DNA from: an uncultured Eubacteriales bacterium
GTDB lineage: Bacteria; Bacillota; Clostridia; TANB77; RGIG9151
Assembly: GCA_964640345.1 (NCBI GenBank)
Contig: CAZXFU010000005.1
Location: 17,370-31,155 of the forward strand
Length of the DNA stretch: 13,786 bases
Direction of reading: 5' to 3'
Shown here: one piece after another, positions 1 through 8,446 of the stretch
Numbering within the stretch: position 1 is the stretch's first letter
How the letters are laid out: each line of letters starts with the position of its first letter
The notes under the pieces: model-generated
Seen by the model: the letters and a program-made list of their open reading frames with translations, nothing else
Told to the model about the DNA's origin: nothing
Database searches by the model: none
Made by a program: the position numbers and the translations under genes

Positions 1-1
1 C

Positions 2-664
2 AAGACAAGCTTTGAGCTTTCTCCAATAGTAAAAACTTGTGTCAATGGTTCATCTGAAATGGTTACAAATCTTTCACTTTCGTTTATAAGTATACTTTTT
101 AATAAGCAACTTATGGAGTTTGTCGGAGCAAATGGCGTTTCGGCTTATGGTGTAATAATGTATGTTGGCTTTTTGTTCGTTGGAACGTATGTTGGATATT
201 CTATTGGAAGTGCACCTGTTATCAGTTACCATTATGGTGCGTGTAATAAAGCAGAACTAAAGGGGCTGTTTAAAAAGAGTTTAAAGTTACTTGGAATGGT
301 GGCAATTGTTATGACGACTCTGGCAGAAATTTTAGCAGAGCCTATGGCTAGTATATTTGTAGGATATGATAAGGAGTTACTTAACCTTACGGTTAATGCT
401 TTAAGGTTATATTCAATTTCTTATGTGCTAAGCTGGTTTAATATATTTGCATCTTCGTTCTTTACGGCGTTAAATGATGGCTTTGTATCTGCACTTATAT
501 CATTTTTACGTACTTTGGTTTTTCAGGCGTTATCAATCTTAGTGTTACCGAGAATACTGGGGATAAACGGCATATGGCTTTCAGTGGTTGTCGCTGAAGT
601 AGTGTCTTTAATGGTTAGTATTGTTTGCTATATAAAGAATGCAAAGAAATATGAATATGTTTAG
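2..664 (+). CDS. MATE-family efflux transporter, C-terminal part (5' end lies outside the window)
   Basis: The frame is open from base 2 (KTSFELSPIVKTCVNGSSE precedes the track's Met at 59) and ends at TAG 662-664. It is a polytopic hydrophobic protein laid out like the C-terminal lobe of Firmicute MATE proteins (GANGVSAYGVIMYV, ISYHYGA, FTALNDGFVSALISFLRTLVFQ, LGINGIWLSVVVAE). The assignment rests on remembered family resemblance. Confidence 0.7.
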   Translation, partial: KTSFELSPIVKTCVNGSSEMVTNLSLSFISILFNKQLMEFVGANGVSAYGVIMYVGFLFVGTYVGYSIGSAPVISYHYGACNKAELKGLFKKSLKLLGMVAIVMTTLAEILAEPMASIFVGYDKELLNLTVNALRLYSISYVLSWFNIFASSFFTALNDGFVSALISFLRTLVFQALSILVLPRILGINGIWLSVVVAEVVSLMVSIVCYIKNAKKYEYV

Positions 665-714
665 CCATCTTACTTAAGCATATCACTATTTTACAAAAAC
701 AATAGATTTATTCT

Positions 715-744
715 TTGACTTGTGGTAGAATAATGATGTATAAG
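715..744 (+). promoter_or_regulatory. Putative sigma-A type promoter for the acyl-CoA-synthetase-like / M50 / dxs gene string
   Basis: TTGACT (715-720), an 18-nt spacer, then TATAAG (739-744). An alternative extended -10, TGgTAGAAT, lies at 723-731. It sits 25 nt upstream of the ATG at 769. Motif match only. Confidence 0.35.
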
Positions 745-768
745 TAGAGGAAAGGATTGGTAATTTTT

Positions 769-2142
769 ATGGAACCAATAATGTCTAAGCCAAGATATGT
801 TGCAAGAGATATGAAAAATTTAAAAGACATGTTGGAGCAAACAGTGGCACTTTACAATGACAAAGAGGCTTTTGTAAAAAAGGCTAAAGATGTATATGTA
901 GGTGTTAATTATAAGAAGTTTAAAGAAGATGTATTTGGCCTCGGAAACGAGCTCATGAAGAGAGGCGTGGTTCACGAGAGAGTTGTGTTATTAAGTGAGA
1001 ATAGATATGAATGGTGTTTAAGTTTTATGGCAACAGTTTGCGGAAACGGAATTGCAGTGCCTCTTTCTACTGATTTGAGCGACAGTGAGATTGTATCAAA
1101 GATAAATTGTGTTAAGGCTAAGTTTATAGTATTTTCTGAGAGGTATAGGTACTTAGTTAAGAGTATAAAACGTAAGTGCCCTACTTTAGAGTGTGTTATT
1201 GATATGGATACTATTATTGAAGACGTTGATAGTCTTTCTTTGCTTAGAATGATAGAGATAGGAAATAAAGACATTCAAAATGGAAATTCTGAGTTTGTAA
1301 AGTATGAGATTGACAGTGAAAGCGGAGCAGGTATTTTCTTTGGGGATACTATTGTTAAAGATAAACCTGTTTTGCTTTCACATAAAAATTTTATTTCGGC
1401 TATTACCGGATTTGTGTCTTTTTTACCGATTGTGTCTGACGACAAAACCGTTGTATTGCAGCCACTTAGTCGTGCATTCGTTTGTATAGATAATTTTTTG
1501 GCTTTAATTTCAAAAGGAGCTACTGTGAATTTTGCTGAAAGCGGAAAGCCTGTAAGCGAATTGCTTATTGACAGTAATCCTTCAATAATTTTTGCTTCAA
1601 AAGAGTTATTTTATGATATTTATAAAGGAATATGGTCAGACCTAGGGAATATGCCGAATATTCGTAAGACAAAGGTTTTGATGGTAATAAGTTTGATTTT
1701 AACAAAGCTTAATATCGATTTGAGGCGTAGGATTTTTAAGGATATATTAAAGAACTTTGGTAAAAACTTAAAGTTGATAGTTATATCTGGGAAGGATTTT
1801 AAAAACAGAATTTTAAGAGATTTTTCAATTTTTGGACTAAATACTGTTGAATGTTACGAGATGATAGAAGCTTCATCTGTGGTTTTTGTTAATGATAAAA
1901 AAGATTTCTTTTGGGATAATATGTTGGGAAAGCCGCTTCCGGGTGTTAAGACGTGCATACTTAATTCTAACGGCAAAGTGCCGGGGGAAATTTCGATATC
2001 TGGAGATAGTGTTATGCTAGGATATTATGACGATAAGAAAGCAACATCAAAGGTTATGAAAAATGACACCCTTTATACCGAGCAAACCGGATATACGGAC
2101 AAAAACGGTGTTTTTTACTTAATAAACAGAAAAAGAAAGTAA
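769..2142 (+). CDS. Acyl-CoA synthetase (ANL/AMP-binding) homologue with decayed catalytic motifs and no C-terminal subdomain
   Basis: I prefer the ATG at 769, which has an AGAGGAAAGGA RBS at 746-756. The track's start at 757 is a TTG overlapping that RBS. The protein is collinear with Firmicute long-chain acyl-CoA ligases (VVLLSENRYEWCLSFMATVCGNGIAVPL, LLSHKNF, PLPGVKTCI, VMLGYYDDKKATSKV). The P-loop position reads FFGDTIVKDKPV (1336-1371) instead of TSGTTGxPKGV. The GYGxTE position reads ECYEMIEAS (1849-1875). The YxTGD position reads YTEQTGY (2074-2094). The ORF stops at INRKRK* (the A8 hinge), TAA 2140-2142. Confidence 0.75.
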   Translation: MEPIMSKPRYVARDMKNLKDMLEQTVALYNDKEAFVKKAKDVYVGVNYKKFKEDVFGLGNELMKRGVVHERVVLLSENRYEWCLSFMATVCGNGIAVPLSTDLSDSEIVSKINCVKAKFIVFSERYRYLVKSIKRKCPTLECVIDMDTIIEDVDSLSLLRMIEIGNKDIQNGNSEFVKYEIDSESGAGIFFGDTIVKDKPVLLSHKNFISAITGFVSFLPIVSDDKTVVLQPLSRAFVCIDNFLALISKGATVNFAESGKPVSELLIDSNPSIIFASKELFYDIYKGIWSDLGNMPNIRKTKVLMVISLILTKLNIDLRRRIFKDILKNFGKNLKLIVISGKDFKNRILRDFSIFGLNTVECYEMIEASSVVFVNDKKDFFWDNMLGKPLPGVKTCILNSNGKVPGEISISGDSVMLGYYDDKKATSKVMKNDTLYTEQTGYTDKNGVFYLINRKRK

Positions 2143-2154
2143 GGAGTGATGTTA

Positions 2155-2796
2155 ATGTCATTTATAATAGAAAAGATAATTTATGTAGTACCGGCGGTAC
2201 TTATAGCATTGTCATTACATGAGTTTGCACATGGGTGGGCTTCATATATGCTAGGTGATCCTACTCCTAAATCTCAGGGAAGGTTATCTATTAATCCTTT
2301 TCAGCATCTTGATTTAGTCGGAACGCTCTTATTGTTTTTCTTTGGATTTGGTTGGGCAAAACCTGTTATGGTTGATTCGAGGTATTATGAGAATCCAAAG
2401 AGTGATATGGTAAAAGTGGCACTTGCAGGACCTGTTATGAATTTTGTAGTTGCTTTTATTTCTTTGTTTATTATTGGGATATTAGAAAAAGTTGGGGTAT
2501 CGATAAATAGTTTAAGTATTTATGTTATCAATCTTTTAAATTGTATTGCACTGATAGACATAGGACTTGGGGTTTTTAATCTCATTCCTGTTCCGCCACT
2601 TGACGGTTCAAAGGTTTTACTTGCAATTCTGCCCGCGAAGTCATATTTTTCATATATGAGATATGAACAGTTTGGAATGATTGTTTTGATGTTATTTGTG
2701 TGTTTGGGAGCATTTGATGGATTTTTGATTGGCACAAGGAATAATATTGTTAATGGAATGATAAATATTATTTCAAAGATTTTACAACTAGCATAA
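2155..2796 (+). CDS. Site-2 protease family (peptidase M50) integral-membrane zinc metalloprotease
   Basis: The HExxH zinc motif appears as LHEFAHG, and the second signature as NLIPVPPLDGSKV. There are several hydrophobic helices. The ATG at 2155 lies 8 nt after the GGAG of AAGGAG (2141-2146), which overlaps the upstream stop codon, so the two genes are translationally coupled. The track's starts at 2146 and 2149 are too close to the RBS. Confidence 0.85.
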   Translation: MSFIIEKIIYVVPAVLIALSLHEFAHGWASYMLGDPTPKSQGRLSINPFQHLDLVGTLLLFFFGFGWAKPVMVDSRYYENPKSDMVKVALAGPVMNFVVAFISLFIIGILEKVGVSINSLSIYVINLLNCIALIDIGLGVFNLIPVPPLDGSKVLLAILPAKSYFSYMRYEQFGMIVLMLFVCLGAFDGFLIGTRNNIVNGMINIISKILQLA

Positions 2797-2845
2797 TGTA
2801 AAATAAATTTAGTGAAGAATATATATAGTTTAGTGGTGGTAGAGT

Positions 2846-4714
2846 ATGTACAAATTGTTGGATAGTATACAGAAACCGAGCGATATAAAAAGGTTTAACA
2901 ATATGGAATTAGAGGCTTTGGCTCAAGAGTTGCGTGACTTTATGCTAGAGAACATTTCAAAAACCGGTGGGCATGTTGCGTCAAATTTCGGAATTGTTGA
3001 GCTTACTTTGGCATTGTTTAAGATTTTTGATTTTGATAATGACAAGATTATTTTTGATGTTGGGCACCAGAGTTATCCATATAAAATTCTTACCGGAAGG
3101 AAAGATGATTTTCCTACTTTGAGGCAGTATAACGGTATTAGCGGATTTCCTAAGCGTGAAGAAAGTAAGTATGATTTTTTTGATACGGGGCATAGTAGTA
3201 ATTCGATTTCTGTTGGACTTGGAATGGCGAAAGCAAGAGATATCCAAATAAGGGATTACAATGTGATTTCTGTTATCGGAGACGGTGCTTTAACCGGCGG
3301 TATGGCATATGAGGGGTTAGATGCTCTTGGTTTTAGCAAGACAAAAATGATTATTATACTAAATGATAATCAAATGTCGATTTCACCTAACGTTGGAGGA
3401 TTGTCTGAGTATCTTAACATGGTTAGGATCAATAAAAGATACAATGAATTAAAAAAGAGTGTTCAAAATAGGTTGGATGAAAAAAATGTTATTTTGAAAT
3501 TGTTAAAGAAGATAAAAAACAGTATAAAGACGCTATTTGTTCCGTCTATGTTTTTTGACGATTTGGGTATTAGATATATTGGACCGATAGACGGTCATAA
3601 TATTTCAGAGATGTCTGAGATTTTCGAAAAAGCAAAAGAGCTTGATGAACCTGTTGTTATACATGTTGTGACTAAGAAGGGTAAAGGCTACAAGTTTGCG
3701 GAAGAGAATCCTAATAAGTTTCATGGGATTTCCCCTTTTAATCCTGAGAACGGAGAAGTTTTAAGAGAAAGTGACAAAGTTACATATTCTAAGGCGTTCG
3801 GAAATGCAATGGTAGATATTGCCAAGAATAACAAAAATGTTGTGGCTATAACTGCAGCCATGACGGAAGGAACAGGATTAAGCAGTTTCTCAAAGCTATA
3901 TCCTAATAGATTTTTTGATGTTGGAATTGCTGAACAGCATGCAGTTTCTTTTGCGGCAGGTCTTGCTACAGAAGGTCTTCAGCCTGTTTTTGCGGTTTAT
4001 TCTACATTCTTGCAAAGGGGTTTTGACCAAGTTATGCAAGATGTTTGTATGCAAAATTTGCCTGTTGTTTTTATGCTAGATAGAGCAGGACTTGTTGGAA
4101 ATGATGGAGAGACACATCAAGGTGTTTTTGATATTTCTTATCTTTCTATGATACCTAATTTGACTATTTTAGCTCCAAAGTGTGCGGACGAAATGGAAAT
4201 ACTTTTAAAGTATGCTCTTTCATTAAAGAAACCTGTTGCTATAAGGTATCCAAGGGGGGGAGATGATAGTTCCCTTGGGTTAAAGCCAATTGTTAGAGTT
4301 GAACAGGGGAAATGGGAGATCTTATCTAAGGGAGAGAGGGTTGCTTTAATTGCAACCGGTAAAATGGTTGGTAAGGCTATGGCATCAAAGAAAATATTAG
4401 AAGAAATCGGCATAAATCCTATGATTATAAATGCTACTTTTATAAAACCGCTTGATGTTGCTTTAATAAAGCGTTTAATTAGGGAGAAATATAATATTAT
4501 AACTTTGGAAGATAATGTTGCTATTGGCGGTTTTGGAAGTTTAGTTTTAAAAGTGCTTTCTAATGCAAGATATAAAGGAAGTTTCAGAATGATGGCTTTT
4601 AAGGATAGGTTTATTTCACAGGGGAGTGTGGAAGAGCTTATGAAACAGGAAAAAATGAGTGTGGAAGAAATTGTTAAAATTACTAAAAAACTTTATAATT
4701 CTAAGAAAGCTTAG
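2846..4714 (+). CDS. dxs: 1-deoxy-D-xylulose-5-phosphate synthase
   Basis: The 622-aa protein has the DXS-typical N-terminus (LLDSIQKPSDIKRFNNMELEALAQELRDF) and GHQSYPYKILTGR. It carries the thiamine-diphosphate motif GDGALTGGMAYEGL...NDN, plus the transketolase-like pyrimidine-binding block (FDVGIAEQHAV) and C-terminal domain. Confidence 0.95.
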   Translation: MYKLLDSIQKPSDIKRFNNMELEALAQELRDFMLENISKTGGHVASNFGIVELTLALFKIFDFDNDKIIFDVGHQSYPYKILTGRKDDFPTLRQYNGISGFPKREESKYDFFDTGHSSNSISVGLGMAKARDIQIRDYNVISVIGDGALTGGMAYEGLDALGFSKTKMIIILNDNQMSISPNVGGLSEYLNMVRINKRYNELKKSVQNRLDEKNVILKLLKKIKNSIKTLFVPSMFFDDLGIRYIGPIDGHNISEMSEIFEKAKELDEPVVIHVVTKKGKGYKFAEENPNKFHGISPFNPENGEVLRESDKVTYSKAFGNAMVDIAKNNKNVVAITAAMTEGTGLSSFSKLYPNRFFDVGIAEQHAVSFAAGLATEGLQPVFAVYSTFLQRGFDQVMQDVCMQNLPVVFMLDRAGLVGNDGETHQGVFDISYLSMIPNLTILAPKCADEMEILLKYALSLKKPVAIRYPRGGDDSSLGLKPIVRVEQGKWEILSKGERVALIATGKMVGKAMASKKILEEIGINPMIINATFIKPLDVALIKRLIREKYNIITLEDNVAIGGFGSLVLKVLSNARYKGSFRMMAFKDRFISQGSVEELMKQEKMSVEEIVKITKKLYNSKKA

Positions 4715-4739
4715 ATGGTTCTAGTGCAATGTTTTTGCT

Positions 4740-5882
4740 TTATTTTAACGCCGGACGAGTCGGATCTATTACTTTTTCTGCATCAAAGTAATTTTCTGTT
4801 AAATACTCTTTTCTCTTGAATAAGTTGTATCCGTCTAGGTTAAAGCGTGTCATTATTACGTTGTCTCCGTCATGTAGTGATAATTCCGGTGTTTTTTGGA
4901 CAGGACAGAAGATGTTAAACCCTTTATTTACTATATATCTGTATCTTTCGTCATCAGTTTTGAACCTAAATCCGAATGGGGAGATATAGATGTTTGTTTT
5001 TCCTGTTACTGGCTCAATATATTTTATCCAGCGTTCTGTGTCGTGCTTTAGCTGTTCCATTGTTACTGTGTAGTTTTTGAAGTATTGGTTATGTGTGTAA
5101 CTGTGGCATGCAAATCTCCAACCTGTTTCTTTTAGTTTGTTTGCTACTTCTGTTGCATCACTTATTGCTTTTTCAAGCTCTTTGCCGGTTAGGTCTGTTA
5201 TTCTATATCCTAATGCTCCTTGATATCCGGTTAATGCTAATATTCCTTTTGCACCATGGAATGAGAATTCGGGATGTTCTTTTACAAAGTCGTCTAATAT
5301 TGGCATTACGTCGGCTTCTCTTGAGATTATTGTCTCGCCGTTTGGAGTTACTATCTCGTTTGCAACTTCTCCATTTTTGTCTAATACGAGTTTTGTCGCA
5401 AATCCATCGGGTTTCATATAGTCATAGTAATTTACATCATCTATGGATAATACTAACGGTTTTCTTCCTTCAGGAAGATAGATGTCTTTTTTCTTTATCT
5501 TTGTAGGGTCTGCTGGGTCTTGCTCAATTAATTCTTCTATATCATATAACATGTATCCGCGGTCTAGTAATTCTGGTAACATTTTTTTGAATTCTGAGAC
5601 CGTTGTCATCCAATAGTTATAGCCGTTTGCTCGACTGTCGTTATCAAATGCTAAGTCGGTGTAAGCGATTAGGCTGTGAAAGAATACATGATGCACAGGT
5701 CCTTCATATTTTACCAGAATTTCGGGTTCTTCTTTTTCTTCCTGAGTGCTATCTGAAGTTTGAATGTTTGAATTTGGATTTTCACTTGCGAATGCACTTT
5801 CTTTTGATTTTTTTATGTACGTGATTAGTCCGACACATAATATAACTACTAAAGTTATTATAATCATTGCCCTTTTTTTCAT
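4740..5882 (-). CDS. Membrane-anchored polysaccharide deacetylase (NodB/CE4-like) family protein
   Basis: The start is taken at MKKRAMIIITLVVILCVGL (ATG 5882-5880), which has GGAGG at 5894-5890 and a 7-nt spacer. The track's longer start at 5924 has no RBS. There is an N-terminal signal/anchor helix, a DD-type motif (LVLSIDDVNYYD) and a His motif (ACHSYTHNQ) typical of CE4 deacetylases. The gene is convergent with dxs, with a 25-bp gap and no obvious hairpin. Confidence 0.75.
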   Translation of the reverse strand: MKKRAMIIITLVVILCVGLITYIKKSKESAFASENPNSNIQTSDSTQEEKEEPEILVKYEGPVHHVFFHSLIAYTDLAFDNDSRANGYNYWMTTVSEFKKMLPELLDRGYMLYDIEELIEQDPADPTKIKKKDIYLPEGRKPLVLSIDDVNYYDYMKPDGFATKLVLDKNGEVANEIVTPNGETIISREADVMPILDDFVKEHPEFSFHGAKGILALTGYQGALGYRITDLTGKELEKAISDATEVANKLKETGWRFACHSYTHNQYFKNYTVTMEQLKHDTERWIKYIEPVTGKTNIYISPFGFRFKTDDERYRYIVNKGFNIFCPVQKTPELSLHDGDNVIMTRFNLDGYNLFKRKEYLTENYFDAEKVIDPTRPALK

Positions 5883-6033
5883 TTTTATACCTCCATACTT
5901 AGATTTTTGCACAAAAATTGACAAATTTCAACAGGATTTTTTTGTTAATTGAAAAAGATTTTTAAATTGCTTGTACTTTGTGGTAAATTTTATATATACT
6001 TATATGCAGAGAGTTTTTGAACAGGGGGATAAG
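5883..6033. promoter_or_regulatory. Divergent intergenic region that should hold the promoters for the deacetylase gene (-) and mltG (+)
   Basis: This is a 151-bp AT-rich gap between two divergent starts. A + strand candidate is TTGCTT (5967-5972), N18, TATATA (5991-5996). A consensus TTGACA at 5918-5923 lacks a well-spaced -10. A - strand candidate is TTGAAA-N17-AAAAAT. None is compelling on its own. Confidence 0.3.
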
Positions 6034-7032
6034 ATGAATAGGAGAATTGTGGTTGTTTTGATTTTAGGTGTTGTTTTTTTTACCATATTTTTTGGTATAG
6101 TTACTGTTAAAAATATAGACACAGAAATGTTAAATAGCGAGAAGATTATTGTTATAAAGCCAAGTAGTGGTGCCAAGGCTATTGCAGGTGTTTTAAAAAA
6201 TAGCGGTGTTATAAAGAGCAAGTTTTTCTTTATAAATTACATTAAGAGGCAGGATGTTGCCACAAAATTAAAACCCGGTACTTATAAGTTTGGACCAGGT
6301 AAGGTTACATTTGATGATATATTAAATAAGTTACTTGAAGGCGAACAGGAAGAATATATAACGGTTACTATTCCGGAGGGGTATACTGTGGCTCAAATTG
6401 CAAAATTATTTGCAGATAAAGGGATTGTTACAGAGGAGAATTTTTTGAAGTATGCTTCAAGTTTAGATATTCCGTATGATTATATTCCAAAAGGCAGTGA
6501 TTATAGGCAACTTGAGGGATATTTATTCCCAGATACATATCAAATACCTGTTTCGTGGAATGAAGAGAAGATAGTTGATTTACTACTTTCTGAATTTGAT
6601 GCCCATTGGTCTGATGAATATGATAAGAGAGCTAAGGAACTTGGTTTTTCTGTTAATGAGATTGTGACTATTGCTTCGCTTATTGAACGTGAAGCTAAGG
6701 TTGACAAAGAGAGACCACTTATTTCTAGTGTTATTCACAACAGACTAAGAAAGGGGATGCTACTTCAAATTGATGCTACCGTTCAGTATTTGTTACCTGA
6801 GCAAAAGGGGAGACTCTTGTATAAGGATTTAGAGGTTGATTCTCCATATAATACTTATAAATATGAGGGTCTTCCGCCAACAGCAATTGCAGCACCGGGA
6901 ATATCATGTATAGAAGCAGCATTATATCCGGACGATACTGAGTATTATTATTATAGGGCAAAGGCTAGCGGAAATGGAGAACATTATTTTTCAAAGACGT
7001 TTGAGGAACATGTAAGTTATGCTGGCAAGTAG
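6034..7032 (+). CDS. mltG: Endolytic murein transglycosylase MltG (YceG-like family)
   Basis: I prefer the ATG at 6034 (MNRRIVVVLILGV, a TM anchor), which has AGGGGGA at 6023-6029. The track's start at 5971 has no RBS. YceG signatures are present: LASLIEREAKV (catalytic Glu region), QIDATVQY, and SPYNTYKYEGLPPTAIAAPG. Stop TAG at 7030-7032. Confidence 0.9.
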   Translation: MNRRIVVVLILGVVFFTIFFGIVTVKNIDTEMLNSEKIIVIKPSSGAKAIAGVLKNSGVIKSKFFFINYIKRQDVATKLKPGTYKFGPGKVTFDDILNKLLEGEQEEYITVTIPEGYTVAQIAKLFADKGIVTEENFLKYASSLDIPYDYIPKGSDYRQLEGYLFPDTYQIPVSWNEEKIVDLLLSEFDAHWSDEYDKRAKELGFSVNEIVTIASLIEREAKVDKERPLISSVIHNRLRKGMLLQIDATVQYLLPEQKGRLLYKDLEVDSPYNTYKYEGLPPTAIAAPGISCIEAALYPDDTEYYYYRAKASGNGEHYFSKTFEEHVSYAGK

Positions 7033-7095
7033 GTAAAATGGGGTTACTGAAAAAATAGTTAAAATTTATGTAGATTTTTGTCGAAATGATATATG

Positions 7096-7124
7096 TTGAA
7101 AAAAGATGAAAAATATAGTAAAAT
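7096..7124 (+). promoter_or_regulatory. Putative sigma-A promoter of the NRPS gene
   Basis: TTGAAA (7096-7101), a 17-nt spacer, then TAAAAT (7119-7124). It lies about 30 nt upstream of the ATG at 7157, and the RBS GGGAGGG is at 7144-7150. Motif match only. Confidence 0.45.
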
Positions 7125-7156
7125 ATTAATGGCAATAGTTTTTGGGAGGGATTACT

Positions 7157-8446
7157 ATGAAGAATCTATATGGTTTAACTTATTCGCAGAAAAATATATT
7201 GAATATAAGTAATTTGTATCCTAATTCGGCAATAAATTGTATTTCTGGTACTTTTAAGATTGTTGGAAGCGGTAACGCAGAAGCATTAAAAAGAGCCATA
7301 AATTTATATGTAAAAGATAACGACGGATTAAGGATAAGGATTACTAAAGATTCCGGCGAGTTTTTGCAATACATAGAAGATTATAGTGAAATTACTCTTG
7401 AAGAAATTGAATTTGATAATGAGAGAGAGCTTTATATATGGGAAGAGATAGAGAGTAAAACGACTATTCCTACGTTAGATAATGCTCTTTTTTATTTCAA
7501 AATTATAAAGATAAAGAATGGTGATATTGGTTATTTTGTAAAATGTAATCATATAATAAGTGACGCTTGGACTTTTGTTGTGCTTGTTAATGGAATTATG
7601 GAGTATTATAAGGAGATTGTTAGCGACAATAAAGTTATTGAGATTATAAAGCCGTCAATTGTTGAGCATATTGAGGCTGAAGAAGCTTATTTTAAGTCAG
7701 AAAGGTTTAAAAAAGATAAGAAGTATTGGGAAGATAATTTAGATGATATAAATCTAAAGACGATTTTGAAGAAGAGGAACAAGAACTCTATTGAAGCAAA
7801 GCGAACAAGTGTTGTTCTTCCTTCTAGGCTTAATGAGAAGATATATGAATACTGTAAGGAGAATAAGACTTCGCCGTTTAATTTGTTTGTTTCTGCTTTG
7901 GCTATGTATGTAAAGAGAGCGACTAATAAGGAAGATGTTATTATTGGTACTACGACTTTAAACAGAACTAATGCTAAGGAAAAAGAAATGTGTGGTATGT
8001 TTGTTAATACGTGTCCTATAAGAATTAAAATTAAGGATACGATGAATTTTAATGAGGTTGTAAAGTCACTAAATATTTCTTCTATGTCACTTCTTCGTCA
8101 TCAAAAATATCCTTATGAGCTTCTGACTGAAGATTTAAGAGAAAAGTATGATTTTAAAGATAATTTGTTCGATATAGTATTAAATTATCAGAATGCTAAG
8201 TTTGAGAGCAGTGACGAGACAGGCATTAATTATACTACTCGTTGGCATTTTAGCGGTTCTCAGGTTGAGTCATTAATAATAAATATAAATGATAGAGAAG
8301 ATTCAGGACAGCTTATTGTAAGTTATGATTACTTAAAGGATTGCTTTAATTTTAAGGAAATTGAGTACTTACATAAGCATATGATCGGTCTACTTTGGCA
8401 TGCTCTTGATAATGATGCTAAGAATATTGCGAATATTGAAATGTTA
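7157..8446 (+). other. NRPS condensation domain C1 (aa 1-430), atypical active site
   Basis: Core motifs occur in order: TYSQKNIL (C1), GLRIRI (C2), CNHIISDAWT (C3, 7544-7573; the consensus is HHxxxDG), CGMFVNTCPIR (C5, 7991-8023), HQKYPYE (C6, 8099-8119). The catalytic second His and the Asp are retained. The first His is Asn and the Gly is Ala. Confidence 0.85.

Noticed and set aside
769-2142. The idea that the AMP-binding-like gene is the fatty-acyl-activating partner feeding the N-terminal C domain of the NRPS
   Set aside because: Its P-loop, GYGxTE and TGD motifs are decayed and the C-terminal subdomain is absent, so adenylation is unlikely. It is also separated from the NRPS by dxs, a convergent gene and mltG.
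4715-4760. A possible bidirectional terminator in the 25-bp convergent gap between dxs and the deacetylase gene
   Set aside because: Only 3-4 bp stems can be drawn (taga/tcta; ccg..cgg inside the deacetylase 3' end), and there is no GC-rich hairpin followed by a T-tract. This is not supportable from the sequence.
5764-5952. A 62-aa + strand ORF spanning the 5' end of the deacetylase gene and the divergent promoter gap
   Set aside because: It is mostly antisense to the deacetylase signal-anchor coding region, has no RBS, and its hydrophobic, low-complexity sequence is explained as the mirror of a TM helix.
757-6033. The ORF-track start coordinates 757 (TTG), 2146 (GTG), 5924 (-) and 5971
   Set aside because: These are longest-ORF extensions. 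757 and 2146 overlap the Shine-Dalgarno sequences that serve the downstream ATGs at 769 and 2155. 5924 and 5971 lack an RBS, whereas 5882 (GGAGG, 7-nt spacer) and 6034 (AGGGGGA) have one and begin with the expected signal/anchor peptides.
972-6961. Nested or antisense track ORFs within the housekeeping genes (972-1274-, 1304-1489+, 2520-2735-, 2981-3247-, 4138-4413-, 5093-5506+, 5603-5824+, 6000-6221-, 6776-6961-)
   Set aside because: Each overlaps a longer CDS with clear family signatures (ANL-like, M50, DXS, CE4 deacetylase, MltG). None has a convincing RBS or motif, and several are Leu/Arg-rich mirror translations.
7048-7113. Three copies of TGAAAAA (7048, 7097, 7107), two of them 10 bp apart and overlapping the -35 of the NRPS promoter, as a possible regulator binding site
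   Set aside because: An A-tract heptamer is expected by chance in such AT-rich intergenic DNA. There is no dyad symmetry or longer conserved arm. The copies are noted only as a place to look if a regulator is found.
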